Shown here: in pieces, positions 28,039 to 39,931 of the stretch
How positions within the stretch are numbered: position 1 is the stretch's first letter
Layout of the letters: every line of letters begins with the position of its first letter
Origin: Catajapyx aquilonaris
Lineage: Eukaryota
Direction of reading: 5' to 3'
Length of the DNA stretch: 63,486 nt
Assembly (NCBI GenBank): GCA_000934665.2
Contig: JYFJ02002076.1
Coordinates: forward strand, 1-63,486
Translations under genes and position numbers: made by a program
Notes under the pieces: model-generated
Told to the model about the DNA's origin: nothing
Database searches by the model: none
Seen by the model: only the letters and a program-made list of their open reading frames with translations

Positions 28039-28509
28039 CCCTTAACTACGTAGGTGGGTGAAACACCTTTAACTACGTAGGTGGAGCCTGAGAGGCTCCA
28101 ACGGTATATTTAAATTTCTCCTTATCAACTAAATTGTTATATTGGACTTTTCACATACAGAAAGTGCAGTTCTGATCATTAGGCTTCCGAAAACGTAAAA
28201 ATCACACGCTGAGTCAGCATATTCCGACAGGGAAAAATTCTCAATTAAAAGGTTACATCATGTGTTTGAGCCGCTCAGGCTTCACCTGAGATATAGAGCC
28301 TGAGCGGTTCCAGGAGGGACCTGTTCCTCGTTACGAATTTTTTTAAACCAAACAATAGGGACTAAAAAAATTTTTCTTTCCTATTCATGCTTAGGAAGAT
28401 TTTTCTGACAAAGTCACGGAAGGACAGGGGAAAATAAAATTCAATGAAAAAGTTACATGCGTTTAAATAGTGCTTGGAGCCTCTCAGGCTCCACCTACGT
28501 AGTTAAGGG
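28039..28509. mobile_element. Non-autonomous piggyBac element in seipin intron 2
   Basis: TIRs CCCTTAACTACGTAGGTGG / CCACCTACGTAGTTAAGGG, TTAA on both flanks, and internal GAGCCTGAG(A/C)GG subterminal repeats. Confidence 0.88.
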
Positions 28510-28953
28510 TTAAAAACATACTGTATTATATGTATGACACACTGAAAAATCAAAGGAAAAAAATTGATTTGCGCATTTTATCAATTTTAGTTTAACAGAT
28601 GGTGGCATCATTTAAAATATGTGCCTGCTTGTATGTTACACATAAATTGCCTGGTACAGTTGTGAGCATAAAAATGTGGACAGTGGACCAGAGGAAGAAC
28701 TCTGGTCTACCGTCTACATCTTGCGACTGTACATTGACCAGTCACATGTCACAGGAGTGCCGGCTGGCTTATGCACATGCACTGAGCCATGTCTGGGTTG
28801 TCTCAAACCCATATAGGTTTTCAAAGTGCAGTTAGATGTCACATATCTGCCCCCTCCCCCCTTCCCCTGGTCCACCACCTGCCCTTCAGTGGCATCACAC
28901 TTTATGTAGGTGATGCTCAAAAGCACTGATTATGAAATTTATATCATTTATAG

Positions 28954-29156
28954 GAATGTTCATGGTGTGCATGGAGCTTAAGGATCGTACTAGTAGCATT
29001 GTAGATTCTTCTTGCCGCTCAGCAATGCTCCATTACAAGTCGTCCCTTCTGAGGACCATATCAACTATCATATTGTCACCATTCCTACTCTCAGGATCAG
29101 CTGAGGAGAAGCAAGTAGTCTCTGTGGAGCTTTTTTCTGGGTTTGAAGAAGAACCG
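28954..29156 (+). CDS. BSCL2: Seipin, exon 3
   Basis: TTATAG acceptor. GMFMVCMELK...RSAMLHYKSSLLRTISTIILSPFLLSGSAEEKQVVSVELFSGFEEEP. GTAAGA donor. Confidence 0.95.
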
Positions 29157-29209
29157 GTAAGACAGCTGAATTACCAACAGTGTGAACGACTAATGCTATT
29201 TCTTTGCAG

Positions 29210-29519
29210 GGAAAGCCAGTGACAGACATTGACATTGAGCTTCAGACGCACTTTATAGAAGTTTACTCAACTAGGCTGCGAATCCATGCCCACTTCACTG
29301 GCTTGCGCTATTTCATGTTCCATTGGCCTGTTGCCTCTGCCATTGTTGGTATCAGCACTAACCTGTCCTTCCTGAGTCTTATAATGGTGCTGTCATGGTA
29401 TCGCTTCTATCCACACGAGATGGTAATAAAACTAGACATGAACCAGCCTCGGAGTTATGGTGAGTCCCAACCAGAATTGCAATCCGGGGCGTTGGAGAAG
29501 GAACAGCTGGGAAGGACAT
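29210..29519 (+). CDS. BSCL2: Seipin, exon 4 (TM2)
   Basis: Follows a 53-nt intron ending TTGCAG. GKPVTDIDIELQ...IHAHFTGLRYFMFHWPVASAIVG... matches seipin. The donor is GTGAGT at 29520, or the same-phase GTGAGT at 29460. Confidence 0.9.
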
Positions 29520-29581
29520 GTGAGTATAATTGTACACCTTGTTGGAAAATCTGAACTAAAAATGGAAATATGTTTTTATAG

Positions 29582-29668
29582 TGTCTGGAGGCAACAGAGT
29601 AGAAGAGTTTCACTTTTCAGTGCCTGTCAGTTCCGAGTCATCAGAATGGATAGCTGAGCCGAGTTCAG
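29582..29668 (+). CDS. BSCL2: Seipin, exon 5 (C-terminal tail)
   Basis: TTTTTATAG acceptor and GTAGTT donor, phase 1/1, open frame SGGNRVEEFHFSVPVSSESSEWIAEPSS. Confidence 0.7.
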
Positions 29669-29891
29669 GTAGTTAATGTCATTTTTGGATTGATTGATAC
29701 CATGTGTTTGCTGAAGCAGCAAAGTGAATTTATTTGGTAGGGTCTTAAAACTGCTGTCCAATAGTAATGTAAAACCACTGATTGGAATGGGCTGTCTTGA
29801 ATTGCTCCCTCAAGGTACACTCCAGTCAGAGAGATCTGATTAGGGTTGTAAAATAGCGAGATATGTTGACTTTTTGGAGACCACTGTGGAG

Positions 29892-29967
29892 ATCCCTGCT
29901 AAAATATGCTGATGCAATAACTGGGTTACACTACCCAGTTATTGCATCAGCATATTTTAGCAGGGAT
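29892..29967. repeat. Perfect 35-bp inverted repeat with 6-nt loop
   Basis: ATCCCTGCTAAAATATGCTGATGCAATAACTGGGT, loop TACACT, then the exact reverse complement. Confidence 0.95.
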
Positions 29968-30043
29968 TCCCTTGTTGATTAATCAGAAATATAGTAGGAG
30001 TCGTACATGTTATGGGACAGTGGTTTCCTTTGTTAGTACTCTT

Positions 30044-30392
30044 TTTTTTTTTTACGTTACCCCGTGATAGGGCCATAGGCCCTTATAGGGGGGTGGAATA
30101 CCACCATTTGTCCTTCAATTTTCTGATTTTTTCTTCTAACTCCAGTGCAAGGATGAAAGGACATGAGGTAAGGATATAGGGATTTTTGGGGAGGGAACAT
30201 TGGTGCAAGTGCAATGTCGGTAAAGGGGTCATGTGCTGTTCCCCAGGAGGTTAGGTTGCCAGACACCTCCTTAGTGCAGGTCAGAGACCCTCCTGACGCA
30301 GGTGAAAGGAAAGTTCCCCAGGCGGGGATCGAACCTGGGGCCTTTCACTCGGCAAGCCGAGACGTTACCATCTCGGCCATCTACACCTCCCC
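30044..30392 (-). mobile_element. tRNA-derived SINE (family A)
   Basis: A box TGGCCGAGATGG and B box GGTTCGATCCC on the minus strand, poly(A) tail, and 16-bp TSD CTTTGTTAGTACTCTT (30028-30043 / 30393-30408). A second copy lies at 63048. Confidence 0.9.
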
Positions 30393-30624
30393 CTTTGTTA
30401 GTACTCTTGCTGTACACTGCAACTTACAGGAGCCCTGCAGAAGTTGGTGTGTGTCGGTGGGTGTGTGTGTTTCATGGGGGAGGGGAGAGAGGGAAGTGGA
30501 GTTGCTGCACCATGTATGGTTAAGTGACCAGTATTCAAATGTTAGGCCATTTTTACAGATCTGTTACATTAGATTTTGGAAGTTACTTTTGTACTTGGTC
30601 TTTCCCATTAGGTAATATAGAATA

Positions 30625-31273
30625 CAGAGTGAAGGGTTTCCGCGGACATTCGCCAGGTAGACAGAGAGTACTCGCAAAACTAATACTGGGATGTGCAAGC
30701 AGTTTTTGGTGCCATTGCGTAGTTAATGTGTACAGCACCGTTGTGACGTCCCTCACTAGATGGCAGGAGGGTGCCTGGGTTTGGACCACGTTTGGACCTC
30801 GGGGGAAGGGCTCTCTTGTGTAAACTCAGTCGAGCCCACGTTGTGGGCTAGTCTAATAAACGGTTGCACCGTACCCATTGTATTATTGGACCATGACCCT
30901 AAGTGACCTTGCAGGGTCAGAGGGATGACCGGACTAGGTCAACTCTGACACCGTTAAAGTGTAGTGTCAGATGGTATAATGGGTAAACAACGACAAAGTG
31001 CATGGGTTGCACCCAGATTCTTACTCTGACGGGATTTGATCACCTATTGCATATGGACGATGAGTTACTGACCCAAGGCGGGATTATTCGGAGGCCCTCG
31101 AGCTGACATTTGCTATTTTAAGCTGGCGGAGAGGATGTGATGTCACGAAACTTTGAAGGTGCCGTACGCATTAACTACGCTCTGGCGCCCAAAACTAAGT
31201 GCACATCCCTATATAAGTTTTGCGAGTACGATCAGTCTGCCTGGCGCTTATGCGCGAGATTCCCTTCACCCTG
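30625..31273. mobile_element. Tc1/mariner-type non-autonomous element with about 115-bp imperfect TIRs and a hairpin-rich core
   Basis: TA|CAGAGTGAAGGG ... CCCTTCACCCTG|TA. The arms align as interrupted inverted repeats. Confidence 0.8.
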
Positions 31274-31354
31274 TATATGACTCACATGTGGTATTGCACA
31301 AACATTGATGTCTGTGACATGATTTTATTACAACTTGTTTTTTTTTGCTCACAG

Positions 31355-31434
31355 AAAAAGGTGAAGATGAAGGAGCAGGGAAAGGTCTCCGCCATCGGGC
31401 TTCAGGAAAGGAGGCCTTGGGCGTGGACATGTGA
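31355..31434 (+). CDS. BSCL2: Seipin, last coding exon
   Basis: T-rich tract plus ACAG acceptor, phase 1. EKGEDEGAGKGLRHRASGKEALGVDM*, where LRHR resembles the seipin C-terminal LRQR motif. Confidence 0.75.
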
Positions 31435-32759
31435 ACATTTTTTTGTATTACTCCATCTGGGTTAAAATTGCCAAGAAGGACTATTCCTAATGTTCCTGTT
31501 TTTCTGGTTGAGTTTGTCTTCCATGATATCCATGAGCTAAATATCAATAGAAAGATCAACTGGCTTCCAAAATCACCAGTGGACATATTTAATATTTAGT
31601 CAATTTTATGAAAACAAAGGAAACTTTGTTTTCATTTCGAAGATGAAGGCCATGGCTTAGACTTGGATAGAGGTGTCCATACTTTAAAAATGGAGGGCTT
31701 CCAAGGGAAAAGTACTTAATGAAATGAGAATTTTATAACACTTGATATAATTGCAACATCCAGTACATTTTATTATATGGCTTTGTTTTCCATGGCTGTC
31801 ATTCTGATTCCATTTGATGTAATCATCTTTCTAGGATTGCAGGTGTATTTTTGTAAGTAGTTGGATATACCTCAATAATGGGACATAGGAGCATCATTCT
31901 AGCTGCCAATAAGCATTGGTTTATGAATGAGTGATTTCCCAAACCTCATAAAAAGCAGTTTGGCTATTCATACTTAAGAAGAGAAAATTTTAGATGGGCG
32001 TAAGGGTCATAATTTTGTGATATGTAATTCATGTGAGAGCATTTTGACTCTTCCAAGATCCAAAGTTCTGGTTTTTATACAGAGGATGGCACCACACTAG
32101 TGCATCACCTCCAAATCATGATCCTGCATTGTTGTCATTCAGTTCAAATGAGATAAAATGTGTGCGGATTTTATAGAGGTCTAAAATACGGAGCTGTTGA
32201 TTGTACTAATTCGTGTTCCTAATCCCCCTCATGTAGGAAATTAAGCCCTGACAGTATCTCCATTAAGAGGCCTACACATTGGTGCCCCTAAGATTGTTCT
32301 GGCACTTGTCCTACTAGTCCTTCGAATCCACCAGTTGGTATGGGCCACTCCGTCCTGATAGCCATACTGAATGACGGATCTGAGGAACTAGAAATAAGAC
32401 AAGTATACTAGAATGGCTGTGTGTAGATCCCTCGAGAGTGCCACTACAGGGCAAGAGGAAAGTGGAGAGAAGAACTATACTAGCTCACGATGTAGCAATT
32501 GTGAGGCATTGATTTACATGAATTGAACAAGAGTATATTTTATAAACGTAAAGTGTGAGTTTCTTATGGGTAGTTGGAAATGTGATATTTGCACATGGTA
32601 AACAAAAAATATATATTTGACTCATGGTGAAATAGCAGCCAAATAAATAATGAAAAGCAGAACTTCAGGTTGACCTATGTGGGACCAAACCAACCAAAAA
32701 GTTTGGAAATATTTACATCATGTCCTGGGGTCAGGTTACATTTGGTATCAATGGGTATA

Positions 32760-33268
32760 CAGGGTGTTTCCTGTAACTCTGTAAAGACTTGCATGGGTAA
32801 TAGAGGGAACCAAGATAAGTATTTTTCACATACGTAGGAACCTGTGTCCAGAATCACCATCTAGAGAGGGTTCATAGATGAGAAACGGGTGCACTCAGAC
32901 GCATCAGGCGTGAGGCAAGTGTCCATTCTGTTGCTAGGTGGCTCGCAGATAGTAAACGACAGCGCAATTCACAATAACCTGGCAACAACAGAGTCATTGT
33001 TTACTATCCGAAGGCTACCTAGCAAGCGGGCTTTAGTTGCTAGGTGGGTCTGGTGTTGCCAGGTTATTGCGAATTGTCCTGTTGTTTACTATCTGCGCGC
33101 CACCTAGAAACAGAATGGACGCTTGCCTCGCGTCTGAGCGCACCCGTTCCTCGTCTATGAACTCCCCCTAAGTGGCATTTCCGGACACGGGTTCCTATGT
33201 GAAAAATACTTATCTTGATCCCCTCTATTACCCCTGCAAGTCTTTACAAAGTTACAGGAAACACCCTG
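32760..33268. mobile_element. Tc1/mariner-type palindromic MITE carrying a second palindromic element (32864-33168) at its centre
   Basis: Outer: TA|CAGGGTGTTTCCTGTAACT ... AGTTACAGGAAACACCCTG|TA. Inner: GAGAGGGTTCATAGA ... TCTATGAACTCCCCC. Confidence 0.85.
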
Positions 33269-34567
33269 TATATTCCTGAGTCATGTTGGCACCCAGCTGA
33301 ATGGCATGGTGTCTTGTCTCCAGGCATATGTACTTACTGTCAGAGCAACTTATGCAGGGATGCCAAAACTCACAAGCATGTTAAGATTTCCACTGATCTA
33401 GGCTAGCCGTGGAACACCATACATGAAGTAGGCCACAGGCATTGATTGCATAAGATAATGAGTGGGAATGAAGCAGATGTTTCAAGCTTTTTCAATGGTA
33501 TGGTATATGTCAATAGTGTATGTCATCCCCAGTACGAAATGTAATCTCAGTGATATGTGTAATTCCATGTTGAGAAATTCCTTGTCCATCACTTACATTT
33601 TCTATTTTTGCTAAGTGAATAAAATAAAGTTATGATTCAGGGATTATACTTGAGTGTTGTATGATGCTACGATTTGGCTGTAGATCATGAATGCACGGAC
33701 TAAATATGATAAAATTTGATGGGTCATCAATTTGGTCAATGACGGCACCTTGATTCCTGCTTTACAAGGTAATACAGTCAGCCCACTGCCACTCTGCGAG
33801 TTCTGTATTTGTAGATTCAACCAACTGGCGATCAAAAATTCAGTGAAACCTCTTTTTAACCTCCTGCTTTTAACACCTTTTTACTGGTCCTTTGATCAGC
33901 GCCCTATGGGGCAATTACAAATATTCCCACTTATAATGAATCAATTGATGAGCATCAACAAACATGGAGCATGGAAGGAGTTTGTTGATAAATGTGAACA
34001 AGAGCTTGAGGTTACTCTAAAATTCCAATTTACCTGCATGTCCACCAGGGACAGGAGAGCTGCTGCCAGCGACAAACACCAAATGTGACTATCTGATCCG
34101 CTCTGACCCAAGATGCCACTACCTTTGATTTGCAAAGGTGTCAAGATGGTTTGAAAATTCATCCCATACAACATGAAATAAGACCACCTCAACTGTGTTG
34201 TGCCCCCCCNCCCCCCCCCCCCTCCTCTCCCCTCCCTAAAAAAAACCACAGAAATTATAAATAAATCTGTCTTGCACCACATCTTTTTGGCTGCAGTCTT
34301 CTGGAGGACTTTCCAGTTGATTATCTTGCAATCCTAATATCAATAAATAGAAGATACTAACAAGGAACAGAGAAAATCTGTAAGACTCAAAGGATGCCTA
34401 CCAGCATCCCATTTCATGGAAGTTGCTCTTCATGATGTAAGATGAAATATCGAAACTCAGCTTTCCCCTACTCACATGGACAGAGTTTCAATGAGGTCTC
34501 TCTCTCTCTCTATACACATGGGTTTTCTTGGAGCTCTCCCGTTTCCTCCCGCAATAAAAACCCATTC

Positions 34568-35320
34568 CCGTATTACCTCACTTAAAGCGGCATGCCAGTA
34601 TAACCCCGGGGTGACCGGCATGCCACAATACCCGAGGTAGATTTTCATAATTTTGATCCTTGTCAAATATTTTGGAATGCATCTGATACTGTACTAAAAT
34701 AATGTTACGGTGAAAAATGTGCGAGTACAAGGCTGTGAGAATATGCAAGTTCATCTGTTGCACAGGGCATAGAGTGTGACCAATCCGACTGTCAGCCTAC
34801 TCTGAGAGGGGAACCCCCCTTTAACATTACAAAGGATCTGCAAAGGATCAAGGCAAATTCCTTCAGTCCTTCATTTTGCTATCAATAGTTCGCTGGTCGC
34901 AGATCTCATTGGCAATCAGAGGATCACTTTGAGTAGTGGTATCAATTTGTCTGAGAAGCTTTGTTACTCACATAATAAAATCCACACCAAACTTATGAAA
35001 TATCCTGGGTGGTATGCTTCCCTTCCAGCAGCCTTCACTTTTAATTGAAAATGTTACCGTAAAATTATTTGAACTTAACGAACGATATTATGGGATGTGT
35101 CAGGCGATAGAAGTGTCCTGGGCTGTATCCGTACCGTAGAACATGGTGTAATGCATTCCTTTGAGTAATAATAATTTTCAAAGAGATGGTAAGAAAACCT
35201 TGCCTTATACCGGCATACCTCGCTTAGACCGGCATGCCGGTATGGCCACCAGATTGTGTATTTCTAAAATCTGGTCGACGTCGACTACACCGGCATGCCG
35301 CTTTACATGAGGTAATACGG
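34568..35320. mobile_element. pogo-like non-autonomous DNA transposon
   Basis: TIRs CCGTATTACCTCACTTAAAGCGGCATGCC / GGCATGCCGCTTTACATGAGGTAATACGG, with TA on the right flank. Confidence 0.75.
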
Positions 35321-36107
35321 TACTTATAGTAGCATGAGCAGGAGTAGAACAATTACATGATCTGACCATGCAACCCACCCTTGAGGCCTTTCTCGGATGA
35401 CATCGCCATTCTACTTTTTTTGGAACTAGCTGTAAGTGACTCCCGCACTGAAAGCAGAAAAATTGGGATTGGCAGTGAACCAGCTACAGTACCAGCATGA
35501 ATTTATTTGGAATTTTAGTACAAGGGCAATGAATAAATTAACACGTTTGTTGGGTTGGGGAAAAAATTATTTATTGAAGTTGTGCGTATCAATCACAAAA
35601 GAAGCATGCTGAACCACTTCATGAAAGTCTAATCTAGTGGGAGAATGCAGATGCATCACATTTCAGTGATTGCGTCGGCCCCAATTACAAGTTGAATTTT
35701 GGGAAATTTGCCAATTTCATAACTGGCGCGATTGAGTAACTATTTCCTTCAATTATAAATACTTCTACAGCTTTGAAAAATTAATACAGTGTATGACTGT
35801 TGCAAGAAAGATTGTGGGAAACTACCATAAAATATTTACATTGTTGGCCTTGATGAGTGGCGAATGGCAGCAAGGAAAACAATGGTGTCCTACAATCCAC
35901 TAATACTTTTGATAGCCAGTAAAGTCTGCTTAAATTATGTAGATTAGTGCCAACAACAGCCACAGCAATCGGAGAAGTATTTTAGATCACACTGTGTAGA
36001 CAGGTGTTATATAGTGCAACTTGGGACCCATACTTTCCAAGATTAAAAAAGAGAAAGACCTTCGAAAAATTTATGAAACTCGATATAATGGGCTGAAATT
36101 CTTGAAT

Positions 36108-36108
<1 letters not shown>

Positions 36109-36142
<34 letters not shown>

Positions 36143-36549
36143 TTTGGGATCCCCCTTGAGACCAATTGGCCAATGCAGGGGGAGGAGATCTCCTCCATTT
36201 TTCTAACTTTTTCGATCTCACCGGTGCAGGGACAGGGAAGGGATAGGGAGGGAGGAACAAAGGTGCAGTGCATTGTCCTGTGGTGGGGGCCGTGTGCAGT
36301 CCCTCAGGGGGCCAAGCTTAGACACCCCCCTAGGCGCGGCCGGAAGCTCCCCACCGAACACCGCGCCTCCTCCAGGGAAAGGAAGGAAGCGGCTGTGGCC
36401 TATATAACGGTACGATCCCGGGATTTCCCTGGAGTGACCTTGGAAAACCACAGAAAACCAAGGTCAGGACCGCCGGCCTCCGGGACTCGAACCCAGGACC
36501 TCCCGATTAGCAGTCGGACACCATATCCACTACACCACTACTGCTTCGG
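36109..36549 (-). mobile_element. tRNA-derived SINE (family B)
   Basis: Minus-strand A box TGGTGTAGTGG and B box GGTTCGAGTCC, (TAAA)n tail, and 15-bp TSD TGAAATTCTTGAATT (36094-36108 / 36550-36564). Confidence 0.9.
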
Positions 36550-36697
36550 TGAAATTCTTGAATTATTGGGATATAATACGATTCCATCATTGCTACCAGC
36601 ACTGCACCATTCAATGTGAGAATTGCCACATTGCATTGCATGTAAAGTGAAGCAATGAGTGGAGAAAATATTATACGGATTGTCCTAGCGTTCTCCA

Positions 36698-37330
36698 CAG
36701 GGTGTTTCTTAATTCAGCCGACATGCTTGTAGGGGTAATAGAGGGGACCATGACAAACATATTTCATATAGGAACCAGTGCGTCTGAGCGACCTTGTCTA
36801 TGAACCACCTCTAGATGGCATTTCTGGACATGAGTTCCTATATGAAATATATTTGTTTAGGTCCCCTCTACAGGGTGTTTCAGAGTCACGGGTCAACTGT
36901 GCGCAAGGGGGTGGGGAAAAATCGTAGGTGGCGACAACCCCGGTCGGTTTTATAAAACAATTAGAAATACGGGAGTAATCAATTATTTTATTACGGCGTG
37001 ACGTTACATCCTTTCTGTTCGAATTGACTGGCACAGACTGGCAGGTGCCATGGGTTGAACCTGGTTGAACAGCTTTTTATCCTTCCGGGTTGTACTGAAA
37101 AAGGCGCTCTCATGCTATACCGGGAGTCTGCGCCAGTCAATTTAAACAGAAAGGATGTGACGTCATGCCGTAATAAAATAATGGATTACTCCCGTATTTC
37201 TAATCGTTTTATAAAACCGACCTGGGTTGTCGCCACCTACGATTTTTCCCCACCCCCTCGCTTGACCCGTGACTCTGAACCACCCTGTATTACCCCTACA
37301 AGTTTGTCGGCTGAATTCAGAAACTCCCTG
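36698..37330. mobile_element. Tc1/mariner-type MITE interrupted by a second Tc1/mariner MITE (36871-37287)
   Basis: Outer TIRs CAGGGTGTTTCTTAATTCAGCCGACA / TGTCGGCTGAATTCAGAAACTCCCTG. The inner palindrome TA|CAGGGTGTTTCAGAGTCACGGGTCAA ... TTGACCCGTGACTCTGAACCACCCTG|TA splits the right arm at a duplicated TA. Confidence 0.85.
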
Positions 37331-37562
37331 TATATAGGACGCCTTGTAACTTCTGTTGTAATTAAAATATTACGCTGAACATTTTTTTCTATCTTAGTTT
37401 CTGCCTTCTAACTCATGACTTAAAAATATTATTAAAATAACATAAGTAGATCAACCTTGGGAACAAATTGGTTAAACATAATATACAAGTATTACCAATA
37501 CATTTTAATCATAATAATAAAACTGCATGGAAGAAACTATGCATGTATGTATAGATGTAGGA

Positions 37563-37968
37563 TTAATAATTTGCCTCTTGCTTGCAAGATAATTCAACAA
37601 TGCGTCCACATAGCTCCACTGCTATTCCATTTGCTGGCAGGATAAATTCTCTCTCCTCAGTTGGTTTGATCTCAACCAGATTCTCATTGCTGCGTCTCAA
37701 GTCCTCATACAACCATACCTCAACAAATCTACTTTTTCCATGCATAGCAAGGATGTAGACAGCATCAAGTTCGTCATTCAGTTGCTCTGTAAAGACATCC
37801 CAGTTGTCAGGCGAAACTGTAATGCAGCAACATTCAACTCCATGTGCAGCCATATTGCCAGTATGTGATGGTCTTGACTTCAAGGCTACAGCAATTCCAA
37901 TCACAACAGCCCAGTGAGCTGCATGCCCTTTCTTGCAACAAGGACTGAAGTTGTGGTCAGAATCATAA
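37563..37968 (-). CDS. ACTMAP: Actin maturation protease (UPF0692/C19orf54), exon 3
   Basis: (P)YDSDHNFSPCCKKGHAAHWAVVIG...LAMHGKSR...VWLYEDLRRSNENL...LCGR matches the family motifs PYD.D.N..P...GH.AHWA and GKS....W....L..SN..L. Confidence 0.92.
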
Positions 37969-39931
37969 CTAAATGATATTAAGGTGAACAATTTTCCTTG
38001 TAAATGACCATAGTACTATACGACAGTCTCATATAGAAATATCACAGTCATGATTAGTCAAGTGCAGTTTCAGGGGTGCAAGGTAGTTAGGGTGTCCTGG
38101 ATTTGACACCAATGGCTAATAAGCTATTGTTGACTGTCCTTTTAGTGGTTTTTCTTAGATCAATTGCAGAGAGAGGACAAGATTGTACCCACCGGATTAT
38201 TCCATAACTGTACAATGCACACAATTATGGCAAAGTAGATTGACTCAGGGTTGCTGATCATTATGGCAATGGTAAGAAGGGTTTTGCATATTTATACCAT
38301 GCATTATTATTCATGTCCTACCTTCTAAGTATTAGAATTTGACACCATTTTGCTAACATTTGACATCAACTCCCACATGATATTAACAACTTTTGCCTCT
38401 AAAATGTCACCTCCTATTCCCTCTTCATGTGATGTCACATTTCATTGTGGAGAAATTTTTATAGCTTTGAGCGTGTGGAAACAAGTAGGTAAATTTGGAT
38501 TTTTTTGGTAAGCCCCACTGAGACAGGAGGAGACAGGACAGTGTTAGTCTTGTTAGTGCACTTGCTTTCTCTGTTGGAAATGGTCATGGAGTCATAGGGA
38601 GCACCACAATGAGGTATACCTATTAGGAGGAAACCTGTTTGCCTACTGGGAACTGCTTAGACAGTGGAAGAGAGAGTGTATGATGTCCCACCCGTAAGGC
38701 GAGCTGGACTCCTATAAACAGGAGTGACTTTATGAACACAACTTCTCCCCTTTCTACCATTCCATTACCAGCTGTGGTAATCACTACTCAACAAATTCAC
38801 TCAGAATTAAGTAACATTTTTGAACTTCAGCAATATATGAGGGGCGTTCGGAAAGTCTTTATTTTTTTGCCGCAAATACAGTGCCCCTGCAGGTCGGCAC
38901 ATAGGCACACATAATCGATAGAACCCTTCTGGAGCCAAATGCACTGGCATCATAGGTAAGTCAACCACTCCAGGCCCTCCAGGAACCACATTTTGGTGAT
39001 GCAGCCACCCTCGGACAACCACTTACAGTCAACAACTACTGTCAACAATGCCCTGAAAATGCATTGGCGAAAGGAGTTTTTTATAGATCTGGCTTTGGGT
39101 GCTACCACACTTGCCGTACTCTCCAGACCTGGCCCCCAGACACTTTCACCTGTTCGGATCCGTGAAAAAACCCCTTTGCCGACGCCATTTCGAGGACATT
39201 GTTGAACAGGAACCAGTTGTCCGGGAGTGGGTGCAACGCACCTCCAAAAAATGGTCCCTGCAGGGCCTGGAAAAGTTGACATACCTATGACGCCAGTGCA
39301 TTCGGCTCCAGGAGGGTTCTATCGATTACGTGTGCCTATCTGCCAACCTGCATGGGCCCTGTATTTGTGGCAAAAAATAATGTGATAGAAGACTTTCCGA
39401 ACACCCCTCATGTATAACTTTTCCGTAAGGAATATTATTTTCTTTAAACAACTTGAATAACTCTGGTTGAATAGTATGAACATAATTATATATCAGTAAT
39501 GCAGTTTTAAATGTGTAGTTTGCACAACTTGATATGGGACCCATTTTAATTCTTGCTCTGTAAGCTATCTGCAGGGAAGCCCAACAGGCAAGATCTGCGA
39601 TTTTAAGTTTGATTTCATTTAATTTTGTCAATCACAAACCCTAGCTTGCTTGGGCAACTGCAGGAGAGAGTGTCCACTTGCACACCATATCTGCATGCAA
39701 TAGGTGAATTAGGCCCAGCTTTATGAATGCAGATTTAGGAAAGAGATCTGATTATGTTTAAGTATTCACAATAAATAATTATTTTATGTTAATTTGAGTT
39801 GATACACCTCACCTAGCCTCCTAGCCCTTAATGTGAGAGCAGCAGCATGATACATAAGAAGTCTCCATGATTCTTATTATTCCATACCTTCCCGTTTGTG
39901 CAATATCACATGACAACTTTTAAAAGGATAC
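37969..39931 (-). other. ACTMAP: U12-type (minor spliceosome) GT-AG intron
   Basis: 5' splice site GTATCCTTT. Branch-site-like TTCACCTTAAT about 10 nt before the AG, with no long pyrimidine tract. Confidence 0.88.
38838..39410. mobile_element. Fold-back MITE made of two inverted mariner transposase 3' ends
   Basis: Ends TGAGGGGCGTTCGGAAAGTCTT / AAGACTTTCCGAACACCCCTCA. The plus strand encodes PHLPYSPDLAPRHFHLFGSVKKPLCRRHF..., the mariner YSPDLAP motif. Confidence 0.88.

Noticed and set aside
30830..31160. Hammerhead or HDV-like ribozyme in the hairpin-rich core or in the SINEs
   Set aside because: I could not place a complete CUGANGA/GAAA core or the HDV nested pseudoknot by eye. An Infernal search is needed.
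33941..34282. Exon-like minus-strand segment ending CAG|GTAAAT
   Set aside because: No partner exons or recognisable product were found.
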